Shown in pieces: positions 1 through 10,057 of a stretch of 64,000 nucleotides of DNA. Every line of letters starts with the position of its first letter. Within the stretch, counting starts at the first letter, position 1. The stretch lies in NCBI GenBank assembly GCA_026413885.1, contig JAOAKA010000001.1, positions 374,075 through 438,074 on the forward strand, given 5' to 3'. This stretch comes from Sulfolobales archaeon (GTDB lineage Archaea > Thermoproteota > Thermoprotei_A > Sulfolobales > NBVN01). The notes under the pieces are model-generated. The model was not told where the DNA came from. It saw nothing but the letters and a program-made list of their open reading frames with translations, and did no database searches. A program made the position numbers and the translations under genes.

Positions 1-173
1 GCTAAGCTGGTTAGACACGTAGTCGAGAATGAAGCCCTAAATGGAGTAGTAATACCCATCGACCTCGGGCTCACCATATCCTCTCCTAGAGCGTAGAGTT
101 CCTACATAAAGCTTAACAAATTTTTCCCTGTGTTAAGATTGAAAACCTCTAAAACCCTCTATTGGGGAGTTGA

Positions 174-509
174 TTGAGTAGTAGTTCAACAAAGAAGTTG
201 GTCAGGTATAGAAACTGCGATATTGAGCGAGTAGTTGCCGTAGTGCCCAGAGGGCACAAACATTTAAGATTAATTATAGAGCTTCCCGATCAAGTCATAG
301 TATTTAGCGAGGCTACTGTAGCAGCTATTGTTAGAGCGTATATAGATGTAGTAACTCACCCAACTAGAAGAGCTACCGAATTAATAGCGAGAAAGTTCCA
401 GCCGGAGGAGATAAAGCCTACTTACTCAGAGTGCCAGCTTGTTGAGAGTTTAAGGAGAGATGAAGAAGTCCAGAAAATATTGGAAGACTTAGCGTGCGAT
501 TCTGAGTAA
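174..509 (+). CDS. hypothetical protein (111 aa)
   Basis: Intact ORF with a TTG start that ends exactly where the convergent membrane-protein gene ends. No motif recognised. Confidence 0.4.
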   Translation: MSSSSTKKLVRYRNCDIERVVAVVPRGHKHLRLIIELPDQVIVFSEATVAAIVRAYIDVVTHPTRRATELIARKFQPEEIKPTYSECQLVESLRRDEEVQKILEDLACDSE

Positions 510-1874
510 CTAGCGATTTCTTGAGATAACCACTAATTCATTGAGTAGTATTGCGAGTAACAGAATGTTTCTTACTGCTGCAAACCACTGAACTGGTGAA
601 TCTATAGTCCACGGGCTAAACGAGGTCTCTACCGGAACGCCTAACCTATTGAAGAAGTACCTTAGTTCTTCATCGTTGTAGAAGAAAAGCATTATAGAGA
701 AATTCGCTACATCAGATACTATGTAGGCTACTCTACTTGCTCTACTGAAGAAGATAAGCGCTAGAAGTGAAAATAGCAGAATCATTTGAGGAGTGAATAC
801 ATAGTTAAATAGAACCACTCCGAGTATTGAGACCGCCGATAGTCTAAATACCCGGACATCACTTCCAGCGTTCTTAACCGCGATTATGAGTGTTAGAACC
901 ACTAGTAGTACGGAAATAGATGCTAGAGCTAGAAATCTGTGAAGTGGATCAAATATGTTGTGTATTAATATCAAGTAAAGACAGTTTTCACAGTACCATG
1001 TAGAGTGATGTGCTATAAAATCGAAAAATCCTCTGGGCGCCAGCAGTAGGAGAGCTATATAGGGAGTAAGACCAGATAGTAGGATACCGATAAGTAAGCT
1101 GCCGATGGGATAAAGCTCACCATTCTTTCTCAACTTCATTAGTAGAGATATGAATATAACGTAGGCTATTGAGACAGTCAGAACTTTAGTAGCTATAGAT
1201 AAGCCAAGAAGCACTCCAGAAGTAAGATATCTCTTCTTTTGAAACGCAACTAGAGACCCTAGAGCTAGAGCTGCACAGATTATATCCCAATTATATACAG
1301 TGTAGAGAATAGTTGATGGTAGGATGAGCCAGATAGCTACTTTCATTAAATCAAAACTGCTGTCTAAAGCTACACCAAGCTTATACGCAAAATATGTGGC
1401 AGAAAGTAGAAATAGAGTAAGAAAAACTGCGCTCAGTGTGTAGTGGAGTTCTGCGACTCTATGGAGAACATGGATATAAGTAGATTCAGGAGTTCTACCT
1501 CCAAAAGCTACCGCGAGCGAGAAACAGGTAGTGAAATACCACAATAAGCCGATAACTGGAGGATACTCAAACATGTAGTCCAGGTATGGAATAGGGCAGA
1601 CATATCTCCCCTCTAATAATGACTTCAACACATCTGTATTATACCAGAACTCAGATTGGCGTCCAGATGTATTCATGAACCGCGGATAGAAAACACCGAA
1701 TACGACATCGGTATACATTAGCCCAAGAATACCGAGAGGTGGTTGATTAGATGGGATGTGAAGGTATGTAGAGACAGCACCTACAGCTAGAGATAAAAGT
1801 AGTAGTAGTGAATAAGACTTCGCGAAGTGAGGTATTAAGCCTTGAATGATCTCCCTGCACATACACTCACTCAC
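510..1874 (-). CDS. polytopic integral membrane protein, possibly a GT-C-like glycosyl/mannosyltransferase
   Basis: 454-aa ORF that is hydrophobic throughout, with more than 10 predicted TM helices. The architecture resembles DUF2029/PMT_2-type membrane glycosyltransferases. The function is a guess. Confidence 0.55.
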   Translation of the reverse strand: MSECMCREIIQGLIPHFAKSYSLLLLLSLAVGAVSTYLHIPSNQPPLGILGLMYTDVVFGVFYPRFMNTSGRQSEFWYNTDVLKSLLEGRYVCPIPYLDYMFEYPPVIGLLWYFTTCFSLAVAFGGRTPESTYIHVLHRVAELHYTLSAVFLTLFLLSATYFAYKLGVALDSSFDLMKVAIWLILPSTILYTVYNWDIICAALALGSLVAFQKKRYLTSGVLLGLSIATKVLTVSIAYVIFISLLMKLRKNGELYPIGSLLIGILLSGLTPYIALLLLAPRGFFDFIAHHSTWYCENCLYLILIHNIFDPLHRFLALASISVLLVVLTLIIAVKNAGSDVRVFRLSAVSILGVVLFNYVFTPQMILLFSLLALIFFSRASRVAYIVSDVANFSIMLFFYNDEELRYFFNRLGVPVETSFSPWTIDSPVQWFAAVRNILLLAILLNELVVISRNR

Positions 1875-2049
1875 ATATTTTAGGTGGCGTAACTTAGAAA
1901 GGAACTAATTTAGTAGCTTAAGTCTTATTCTTCATCGTAAACGCGGGCATATACTTGAGTATCCAGTGTTGATTAGCTGAAGAGAAAAGGTAGTGAGAGT
2001 ACTGGCACATAATAATACTCACACTACTTATGGTTCGGGACAGTGAGGT

Positions 2050-2889
2050 ATGGGTAAGTATAGAAAGTATGGAAGGAGGAGGACTCCGTCGAAGAGGAGG
2101 TCTAAGGAGATTTTGATTGTGTCAAGTGTAGTACTTTCCCTTCTACATATATCTCTAGCTATGTACGTCTCCATACCGATATCTAAAGATATTCTAGAAA
2201 TCTCCTTAAATGGCTTAAGAGCAGTTAATGCAACACTTTTTCGAGTTACTTACTTAGATGCTATGAGCAAGAGCTCACTAGTGCGGCTTCAGATCGATAA
2301 TGTAGCCGTAGACTTCGATATTCCCGAAGGAAGAAGTGGAACTGTGTGGACTTCGAAGTTAAGTAGACTTGTAAGAGTAAATCAGGAAGTCGTTCAACCT
2401 AAAATCACTGTTTCTACATTAGGTAGCATTGTGACGTATCCCGCACCTCCCATAAATACATCTACGATAGGGCGGAGTGAAGACTATATTCTTTCTCACT
2501 ACCCTCTGGAGCTCTATTTTGTATTTATAACTCAGCTATGTAATTCAACTATACACATTAAGTCAGATATAGCTCTAGTGAATGAAGCTACACTAATATA
2601 CCGCCTCACAGAAGAAGGCTATAACATGGATATGCCGCTACTCTGCAGAGGTGGTATCTGCGAAGGATTCTTGGAAAACAAGTGTGTAGTATTCTACGAC
2701 GTGACATCTGACTTGAGCTACCTCAATTTCTTCAGAGTTAAGTATAGAAATGGTGAAGCTACCTTAAGATTTATAGACAATCTATGGATACCGGTAGTAA
2801 TGTATATAGCAGTTATGAGTGGACTCTTCTTGGTCTATAGGAAGACTTCAGCGGTCAGAGGGAGAACTAGGAGTAGAGCCAGCATCTAA
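2050..2889 (+). CDS. hypothetical membrane-anchored protein (279 aa)
   Basis: Basic N-terminus (KYGRRRTPSKRRSK) followed by a TM helix, a Cys-containing middle domain, a C-terminal TM helix and a basic tail. The 3' end overlaps the convergent ABC ATPase gene by 23 nt. Confidence 0.5.
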   Translation: MGKYRKYGRRRTPSKRRSKEILIVSSVVLSLLHISLAMYVSIPISKDILEISLNGLRAVNATLFRVTYLDAMSKSSLVRLQIDNVAVDFDIPEGRSGTVWTSKLSRLVRVNQEVVQPKITVSTLGSIVTYPAPPINTSTIGRSEDYILSHYPLELYFVFITQLCNSTIHIKSDIALVNEATLIYRLTEEGYNMDMPLLCRGGICEGFLENKCVVFYDVTSDLSYLNFFRVKYRNGEATLRFIDNLWIPVVMYIAVMSGLFLVYRKTSAVRGRTRSRASI

Positions 2890-3808
2890 TTCTCCTCTTG
2901 CTATCGAGTTCTATGAGTGGTGGTATCTTTCTACACTTCTCCTCCAGCCTTAAGTAGCAGTGAGCATAGAATGGGCACGCACTAGGATCGACGGCGAAAA
3001 CCTCTCTCACCTCCTTTAACTTAATAGAGTCTACAAGCTCCTGAGTGTAGGGATGTAGGGGGTTGTTTAGCACATTCAATGCTATACCTTCTTCCAATAT
3101 TAGGCCGGCCATTAGTATTGCTAGTCTATCTGCTAAGTAAGAAACTACCTTGAGGTCATGAGAGACTAGTATGCTAGCATATCCAAAGAAGTCCTTTAAT
3201 TCTTTTAAAAGTGCTATTACGTGTGATTGAGTGACTGAATCAAGAGCTGATGTAGGTTCATCTAGTAAAAGCACTCTCGGTTTAATGGCTATAGCTCTAG
3301 CAATAACAACTCTCTGCAGCATTCCCAAGCTAAGCTCATGCGGTAGAAGGTCTAATACATCTAGAGGTAAACCTACTGATTCAATAAGTGTAGGCAGCAT
3401 CTTAGTGATCTCTCTCTTCGGCACTCCAGCAGCCTTCAGAGGTTCTGTAACTATGTCCCTCACTTTAAAGCGAGGATTAACTGCTGCTAGAGGATCCTGA
3501 GAAACATAGCCTATCTTCTTTAAGATGTTTTTTCTCGTCTCTCTATTTACTTTTAGAATGTTTATACCATCTACTTCAATACTCCCAACAGAAGGGCTTA
3601 CAAACCCCATAATTACTTTAAGTAGAGTGGATTTACCACTACCACTAGCTCCCACAATCCCGAAGATTTCTCTCTCTAGTACATCGAAGCTGATTCCTCG
3701 AAGTGCGTATATCTTCTTTCCCGTAGATAGAGAAGTGGAGGATAGAGTATACTCTACCCAGATATCGCGAACTTGAAGTGCGGGTTTTAATAAAGCTTTC
3801 TCCAACAC
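2867..3808 (-). CDS. oligopeptide/dipeptide ABC transporter ATP-binding protein (DppF/OppF type)
   Basis: Walker A GASGSGKST, signature LSLGMLQR and Walker B LLLDEPTSALD. It also has the C-terminal Cys-containing oligopeptide-transporter extension. Confidence 0.9.
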   Translation of the reverse strand: MLEKALLKPALQVRDIWVEYTLSSTSLSTGKKIYALRGISFDVLEREIFGIVGASGSGKSTLLKVIMGFVSPSVGSIEVDGINILKVNRETRKNILKKIGYVSQDPLAAVNPRFKVRDIVTEPLKAAGVPKREITKMLPTLIESVGLPLDVLDLLPHELSLGMLQRVVIARAIAIKPRVLLLDEPTSALDSVTQSHVIALLKELKDFFGYASILVSHDLKVVSYLADRLAILMAGLILEEGIALNVLNNPLHPYTQELVDSIKLKEVREVFAVDPSACPFYAHCYLRLEEKCRKIPPLIELDSKRRIRCWLYS

Positions 3809-4740
3809 TTTACTTCCCTTTCATTACCTAGTTTGACTAGGAGTGGTTGTTCTAAACATTTACTAGTAGCATATGGACATCTAGAGTAGTAAACACATCC
3901 ACTCACATATTTTCTCGATATCTGACTAGTTCTTCTTAGTTCAGCAGCCTCTATCAACTCGCTAGTGTAAGGGTGGAGAGGCTCCTTAAGCACATCTCTA
4001 GTGGGGCCGTACTCCATTAGTTCACCAAGAAACATAACCGCTACATTTCTGCAGACTACTTCAGTTATAGAAATGTCGTGAGTTATTACGACTAGAGACG
4101 TTTTAAGTTTTTCGCTGAGGTCTGCTATGAGACGAATTATGTAGCCGCGCAAGTAAGCATCTAAATTACTAGTTGGTTCGTCAGCAACAATAATAGACGG
4201 TCTAGGAGCTAGAGCTAGAGCTATTGCGACTCTCTGACTCATTCCTCCACTTAACTCGTGTGGATACATGTATAGAACGTCTTCACTTAAGCCTACAGTC
4301 GATATAAGTTTCAAGGTCTCTTCTCTTAGAACATTCTTATCTCTAATACCGCGGACATCTCTAAGTACATCTCGAAATATCTGCTCAATGCGGATGTATG
4401 GATTAAGTGATGCGGCTGGATTCTGAGGTATCTTAGAAACCACTCTACCTCTAATTCTATCAGCACCAACTACACTAGAACCCTTTATCACTTCTACTCC
4501 TTCAATAACCAGTCTTCCCGACACTCTAACGTAGGGCGGCAGTAATCCTGCGATAGCATTGCCTAAAGTTGATTTACCACTGCCACTCTCACCGACTACA
4601 CATAAAGAGCTACCCCTCGCTAATCTCAAGCATACGTTTCTTACAGCCCAAGAAACTGAGTCTAGGTCTTCGTAACCTAGACTGAGGTCTTCAGCTTCTA
4701 CTACTACCTCCTTTCTATCAACTAAAACCATCGAGTCCAC
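3787..4740 (-). CDS. oligopeptide/dipeptide ABC transporter ATP-binding protein (DppD/OppD type)
   Basis: Walker A GESGSGKST, signature LSGGMSQR and Walker B IVADEPTSNLD. It overlaps both flanking operon genes. Confidence 0.9.
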   Translation of the reverse strand: MDSMVLVDRKEVVVEAEDLSLGYEDLDSVSWAVRNVCLRLARGSSLCVVGESGSGKSTLGNAIAGLLPPYVRVSGRLVIEGVEVIKGSSVVGADRIRGRVVSKIPQNPAASLNPYIRIEQIFRDVLRDVRGIRDKNVLREETLKLISTVGLSEDVLYMYPHELSGGMSQRVAIALALAPRPSIIVADEPTSNLDAYLRGYIIRLIADLSEKLKTSLVVITHDISITEVVCRNVAVMFLGELMEYGPTRDVLKEPLHPYTSELIEAAELRRTSQISRKYVSGCVYYSRCPYATSKCLEQPLLVKLGNEREVKCWRKLY

Positions 4741-5621
4741 CTCTTCCTTAAGTTCGGGCTACTTTCCTCACTTACAGAATCTCCAATTAGTATGAATCCC
4801 AATGCTGCTATAACTAGGAAGAACCCTGGAAATAGACTCATCCACCAGTAGGTCGTAACATAGCGGAATCCGTATCCAATCATCATTCCCCACTCAGGAG
4901 CATCAAGAGATGTTGAAACGCTACCGATGAGGAAGTTTATGGCCGCAACTTCGAGAAGTATTGAAGACGAGTCTACAATCGACTGCATTATCACTGTTGG
5001 AGCTACATTAGGTAGTATGTGGCGGAAAGCTACGTAGATTCTCCTAGAGCCTAGAGCTTCACTAACTTTAACAAAGTCAAATTCCCGAATCTGCCTACTC
5101 ATTATGTAGGCTATTCTAGCATACCAAGCCCACCAAGTCATTATTAAAGAGGCAACAACTGTATAGATACTTGGTCCAATAACAACTGAAAGAGCGGCAG
5201 CTATCATTACAGGCGGTAGCAGTATAAACAGCTCAATAGCGTAGTTAATCGCAGCTTCATAGATACCTCTTAGATATCCCGCTAAAACACCTAAAACTAT
5301 ACCGAGCAGTAAGCTGCCAAAAACTACTATGGTAGTTTGAAGAAGAGAGTATCGAGACCCTATGAAGACTCTGCTAAGCATATCTCGACCGACTACGTCT
5401 GTACCAAATAGATACTTCATTGATGGTGGCTGCGGGCCTCTCAATCTAGCGGCATCTGTTACGATCCCCTCTCCTTCTTCAGGATAAGGCACTACTCTCG
5501 GGCCTAGAATAGCAATTAGAGCTAGAGAAGCCAAGATAGCTATTCCGACTTTGAAGTCTACTCTCCGCCAGCAACGCTGGAGAGTGTTCCTACCTCTAAT
5601 ATCAGTATGTCTTTGACTCAT
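4722..5621 (-). CDS. peptide ABC transporter permease (DppC/OppC type)
   Basis: Multi-TM BPD-transporter permease, including an EAA-like loop (SEALGSRR). Confidence 0.85.
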   Translation of the reverse strand: MSQRHTDIRGRNTLQRCWRRVDFKVGIAILASLALIAILGPRVVPYPEEGEGIVTDAARLRGPQPPSMKYLFGTDVVGRDMLSRVFIGSRYSLLQTTIVVFGSLLLGIVLGVLAGYLRGIYEAAINYAIELFILLPPVMIAAALSVVIGPSIYTVVASLIMTWWAWYARIAYIMSRQIREFDFVKVSEALGSRRIYVAFRHILPNVAPTVIMQSIVDSSSILLEVAAINFLIGSVSTSLDAPEWGMMIGYGFRYVTTYWWMSLFPGFFLVIAALGFILIGDSVSEESSPNLRKRWTRWF

Positions 5622-6628
5622 ATTTTAACCCTCGGGTCCAACTTCTTCTGTATTACGTCGGTAGCGGTATTTACGATTACTAAAGTTAGTGAAACTACAA
5701 AGAATACTGCTACGATAAGTGGATAGTCGCTTCTAAGTAGTCCCTCTAAGAGAATTCTCCCCACTCCTTCTCTCATGAAGATTATCTCAACTACCGCAGC
5801 TTCTACAAAGCTATAGACAAAGTTCATTCCTGCGAGTTGTACAACAGCTGGAATAGTGCCTCTTAGAGCATATCTAGCTAGAATAGCTTGTCTTGAAATA
5901 CCGAGTGATATCGCCTCCATAACGTAGTCTTCGTAGAAGCGCTCTGATAAGCTATATCTCACATACCTAGCTATCGAGAAGAGTGGATATACTGCTATGA
6001 CTAGCGCCGGTGGAGTAAGTCTCACTAGAACGTCTAAAAGTATGTCCAGTCTGAATGTAAGTGCGGAGTCTACTGTATAGAAACCTGTTACCTCTTTAAT
6101 CTCTATAGAGAATCTAGGGTCTATCCTTCCTAGAGGCTGAAGTCCGGCGAGATAGAATACTAGAACTAAGATGAGAGCGAACCAGAATCTGGGGATACTT
6201 ATAAATATTGATGAAGTTATCTTTAGAACCATGTCTATACTGCTCCCCCGCCTTAATGCTGTAAAGATACCGAGCATCAGTCCCAGCGGAATCGCGAGTA
6301 TGTAGGAAAGTGTTAGTAACTCTATAGTAGCTTTAAAAGACCTAGCTACTACAGCTAGCACCGGCTGTTTAAACGCTATGGATACCCCCCAATCCCCAGT
6401 TAAAAATCTAGCTGTGAGTAGTGCTATTTGAACATAGAGTGGTTGATCTAGACCTAGTTCTTTTTCGGCTTGCTTTATAGCTTCCACAGCTTTAGGTCCT
6501 CTAGGTCTACCGGCCCAAACATAAGCCGGATTCCCTGGAGCTATGTAAACCAGAAGATAGATAATTACGAGTAAGCCTAGAATGAGAGAAGCCCCGAATA
6601 ATGTCCTCTTAATGTAGTATTTAGTCAT
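5618..6628 (-). CDS. peptide ABC transporter permease (DppB/OppB type)
   Basis: N-terminus MTKYYIKRTL... is typical of the DppB family. Multi-TM, with a 4-nt overlap onto the downstream permease gene. Confidence 0.85.
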   Translation of the reverse strand: MTKYYIKRTLFGASLILGLLVIIYLLVYIAPGNPAYVWAGRPRGPKAVEAIKQAEKELGLDQPLYVQIALLTARFLTGDWGVSIAFKQPVLAVVARSFKATIELLTLSYILAIPLGLMLGIFTALRRGSSIDMVLKITSSIFISIPRFWFALILVLVFYLAGLQPLGRIDPRFSIEIKEVTGFYTVDSALTFRLDILLDVLVRLTPPALVIAVYPLFSIARYVRYSLSERFYEDYVMEAISLGISRQAILARYALRGTIPAVVQLAGMNFVYSFVEAAVVEIIFMREGVGRILLEGLLRSDYPLIVAVFFVVSLTLVIVNTATDVIQKKLDPRVKI

Positions 6629-6645
6629 GGTTGAGCATCTATGAC

Positions 6646-8283
6646 TTAAAGTACTTCAACATATTGAAATAGAATTGCGTACATATATAGAGGGTTGAAC
6701 GCCTCATCTCTAACTATAATATTTGGTCTAGTAACATATGTTTGAATCACAGTCCAGAGAGATATCGCAAATGCTTCTTGAAATATCATGTACTGTGCTT
6801 TTTCATATAGTCTGAGGGCTTCTTCGTAATCAACTCCTTCCAGCTCATAGGCGGTATCGAGAAGCGTGTCTAATTCCTCACTACAGTAACCAGACCAATT
6901 CCACTCCACCGAGTCGCAGCGGACTAAGTAGAGGTAGTCATATGGAGTTGAGTATGTTGGCCACCAGTCGTTTATGATTAAATGTGGTGCTTCTTCAGGA
7001 TTTCTCCAGACAGCTGCTCCATATTCTTTAACTACCTCCCACGGGTAGCTACGTATCGTTAGCTTGATGCCTAGCTTTAGAAGCTCCGACTTTAGTAACA
7101 TAGCGAATATCTCTTCTTCTTCATAACCTGTTGTTATAACTATTTCGATTTCTACTTCTCTACCTTCGAGACCGGCTTTCCGTAGATACTCTCTCGCAAG
7201 ATCTAGATCGTATTTAAACCTCAGTCCATCGATATATCCCGGGTACCTGTAAGGTATAATACCACTTCCCGAAATACCGTAGCCATATAGAGCTCTATCA
7301 ATCAACTCATCCCAAGGAATAGAGTGAAGAATAGCTAGTCTAAACTCTGTTGCACTCGTAGGCCATCTACGTGTATTGAACATCAAAATGTAGCTATAAT
7401 AAGTATATTGTCTTATCAGTTTAAAGCCTTCGCTGACTAGAGACCTTATTTCAGCTTTCGGAATAGCCATAGCTATGTGGATACTCCCACCTCTTAAGCC
7501 CACTACCTGTGTTACAGGATCACCGACAATCCTAATGACTACGAGGTCTGGAGCTCTAAGATTGCCTACTTTAGCCCAACCCCACCACTTCTCAAATTTT
7601 CTCAACCTGATTTCACTTACTGGGTTATAGTACTCTATGTAGTAAGGACCGCTTCCGAGACTCCGGCCACTCTCAAACCAGGACCTAATGGATTTATCTG
7701 TCAGGTCTTTAGCTCCTGAGTACTCAAGTACTCTAGGGCTATATATGTAGGCACCGTATGAAGACGAAGCTATTAAGTCTATCGGAGCTGGGTACTTAAG
7801 TTTAAATCCTACAGCAGTTTTGTTTATAGCAACTATATCTTCCACCGAGCTCCAAATGTAACCGGAACCTAGACCGGTTTCATCATATATAACTTTAGTT
7901 CTCAGTATGCTGAATCTAACTGCTTCTACAGTTAAAGGAGTACCGTCGTGAAACACTACGTCGTCTCTTAATTTAAAAACCCAGAACGTCTCGTTTATCT
8001 TAGTCCAGCTTACAGCAAGAGCTGGTGTGAATTGATTTGTTAGAGGATTATAGTAGAAGAGAGGTTCGTAAACTGAGCCTAGAACTACTAACCCAGTATC
8101 GAACTCTACACTAGGGTCAATCCCGGTTATAGCGTCTCTATAAGCATAAACAACCACTCTGATTTGAGGACCTATAAAGTATGTAAGTGAAGAAAATACA
8201 GATATACTTACCACTAAAAAAACTACGAGACCGGTTACTATGAGTAGCCTGCGGCCAAACCTCATATGATTCCACGAAATCAC
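6646..8283 (-). CDS. peptide ABC transporter substrate-binding protein (family 5)
   Basis: 545 aa with an N-terminal TM anchor and a family-5 SBP-like body. It is the first gene of the dpp-like operon. The true start may be the internal Met (MRFGRR). Confidence 0.8.
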   Translation of the reverse strand: MISWNHMRFGRRLLIVTGLVVFLVVSISVFSSLTYFIGPQIRVVVYAYRDAITGIDPSVEFDTGLVVLGSVYEPLFYYNPLTNQFTPALAVSWTKINETFWVFKLRDDVVFHDGTPLTVEAVRFSILRTKVIYDETGLGSGYIWSSVEDIVAINKTAVGFKLKYPAPIDLIASSSYGAYIYSPRVLEYSGAKDLTDKSIRSWFESGRSLGSGPYYIEYYNPVSEIRLRKFEKWWGWAKVGNLRAPDLVVIRIVGDPVTQVVGLRGGSIHIAMAIPKAEIRSLVSEGFKLIRQYTYYSYILMFNTRRWPTSATEFRLAILHSIPWDELIDRALYGYGISGSGIIPYRYPGYIDGLRFKYDLDLAREYLRKAGLEGREVEIEIVITTGYEEEEIFAMLLKSELLKLGIKLTIRSYPWEVVKEYGAAVWRNPEEAPHLIINDWWPTYSTPYDYLYLVRCDSVEWNWSGYCSEELDTLLDTAYELEGVDYEEALRLYEKAQYMIFQEAFAISLWTVIQTYVTRPNIIVRDEAFNPLYMYAILFQYVEVL

Positions 8284-8446
8284 TTAGATAGTGCTTAAAA
8301 ATCTTATAGTCTAATGTAGACACTCGAATTTCTCTAAAGACATGAAAGATATCTATCGACGTATTAAAAGAACTACAAAGTTTACATATGGTTACATAAT
8401 TAAATTGAAAACTATCTATCCACCGTAGCCGGTACTAGCTGTGTTG

Positions 8447-8587
8447 CTAAGCAACTTCTGCGTTAGGGATTTTAGAGCTCTTTACGCAGAACTCTACACA
8501 CTCACGAAAAGCTTCACCGGAAAAACCTATTTCGAGGCATTTTTCTCTACATACTCTAACAATGTGATCTCTGTTGTAGGAGTCCAC
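8447..8587 (-). CDS. candidate small Cys-rich protein (46 aa, GTG start)
   Basis: Manual translation gives VDSYNRDHIVRVCREKCLEIGFSGEAFRECVEFCVKSSKIPNAEVA, with 4 Cys. An AAGCGCTTTAGCAAATA BRE/TATA-like element lies about 30 nt upstream, compatible with a leaderless mRNA. It is below the ORF-track threshold. Confidence 0.25.
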   Translation of the reverse strand: MDSYNRDHIVRVCREKCLEIGFSGEAFRECVEFCVKSSKIPNAEVA

Positions 8588-8796
8588 AGTAATACTCTAC
8601 ACCGGTAAACTATTTGCTAAAGCGCTTAAGTAGAGCACTACATCTGCGAACTCTAATTTAACGCTGGTGGAGTTTAATCGCACTTTGATATTTTAATATT
8701 ATTGCGACCGAGTCTGAAGAAGTTGAAGAGGTAATGAACGACTAGCTAACACCCGGGAAAGAACTCGCAGCTAGCTCACTCTCAGACTCAGTAGTT

Positions 8797-9627
8797 TTAA
8801 CCCGTACTTAAGCTGTGTGTTTTTAGATTAGTTTTTCCTGTGTTAAGGTCAAGCTCTACTAATACAGCTGTTTGCTGCGGAATCTCACCTGCATCTGTAT
8901 CACTGAGATACGATAGTAGAGAAGACGAGAAAAACACTCTAGAGTTTTCAAACTCTCTCGTTAAAATCTTGTAGTATTTCACGGCTAGACTGTCTCGTGC
9001 TCTCTGCTCTGCTAGATAAAAGGTTATAGAAGAAACTGCTTTCTCTCCATTGAAGAGTGTCGTAAGTGTGTTCATAGCTGTTTTCGTATATTTAGCCGCA
9101 CTCTTTAGAGCTTCAGCAAGTTTTTCAACATCAACACTGTCTAAGTATCTATACACAAACTCTCCGAGATAATATGTATCTGTCGTATCGAGCAGCTTAG
9201 CTATTCCCAGCGTTCTAGATAGGCCGTCCGAATCTACGACACCGTTGTGCGCGATCCACATTTCAAAACCTTTCCAGCTGTAGTAGATAGGGTGGGTATT
9301 ACCAATCTTCACAGAACCTTCTGCGGACTTTCTTGAGTGAGCAATAACTACACCTACTCGAATTTCTCGTAAAACACTCTTAAGACTCTCAACTCCAGCG
9401 AAATCACGATATACTGGTGTAGTAGACCTATAGTGTGTAGATATTTTTTCCCCGCTATCTCGAATGCCAACTACTGCGTATCCCCAGCCATCACTGTGAT
9501 TCTCACATTTACTACGCTTCAAATAATCTGCTAATATAAGATCGCATTCACTAGCTTTAACAAATGAGTCAATATATAGAGATAGCTTGGCTAAGTTAGT
9601 GCCTACCAACATGAGCAGCCTACACAT
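8797..9627 (-). CDS. class II (Ntn) glutamine amidotransferase, YafJ/EgtC-like
   Basis: The internal start gives MCRLL..., with Cys2 as the Ntn nucleophile. The sequence also contains HSDGWG and HNG. The ORF track extends 4 codons further upstream, to 9639. Confidence 0.7.
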   Translation of the reverse strand: MCRLLMLVGTNLAKLSLYIDSFVKASECDLILADYLKRSKCENHSDGWGYAVVGIRDSGEKISTHYRSTTPVYRDFAGVESLKSVLREIRVGVVIAHSRKSAEGSVKIGNTHPIYYSWKGFEMWIAHNGVVDSDGLSRTLGIAKLLDTTDTYYLGEFVYRYLDSVDVEKLAEALKSAAKYTKTAMNTLTTLFNGEKAVSSITFYLAEQRARDSLAVKYYKILTREFENSRVFFSSSLLSYLSDTDAGEIPQQTAVLVELDLNTGKTNLKTHSLSTG

Positions 9628-9738
9628 AGATGACTCCATAGTAGGAGATCTTAGCTTAATTTATTTGAAATAGGCTTTGAAGAATTAGAATATTAGGAAA
9701 AACTACTTGTTTAACCGATAATCGATACACAGCTAGTG

Positions 9739-9924
9739 TTAGCCTTTCTTTCTGCTTCCCATGAATACATATACCATAGTGCCGCAGACAGAGCAAGCTC
9801 CTCTAATTGCTCTTCTACCGTTCTTTAGTACTACCTCTTCCGAACTCTTTAATTCTCTCTTAGTTCTGCACTTAACACAGAAGCCGGTTACTGGTCCTTT
9901 AGCTGGACCTACAACTTGCGCCAT
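9739..9924 (-). CDS. small zinc-ribbon protein (DUF5679-like)
   Basis: CVKCRTKRE...KNGRRAIRGACSVCGT carries a CxxC...CxxC pair, followed by a basic tail. The start is taken at MAQVVG; the ORF track extends to 9951. Confidence 0.55.
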   Translation of the reverse strand: MAQVVGPAKGPVTGFCVKCRTKRELKSSEEVVLKNGRRAIRGACSVCGTMVYVFMGSRKKG

Positions 9925-10057
9925 GGATATCACTCGTGTATAGGCTCTCATGGGAGCTTAAAAGGTTTCTTCTACACATGAGACACTAAATCCCCAGGGA
10001 ACCCCACTTGACTATTATATATTTGTACAGTTAATTTCAGAGATAGCGGGACTAGAA

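Noticed and set aside
1-96. An open frame running from the window edge to a TAG at 94-96 (…AKLVRHVVENEALNGVVIPIDLGLTISSPRA), possibly the 3' end of a truncated gene.
   Set aside because: Only 31 codons are visible and no motif is recognisable. That is too little to support a feature call.
3231-3776. ORF-track entries 3231..3500 and 3525..3776 (+), lying inside the ABC ATPase gene.
   Set aside because: Both are antisense shadows of a strongly supported ABC ATPase CDS. Their products are low-complexity and Ser/Thr/Leu-rich.
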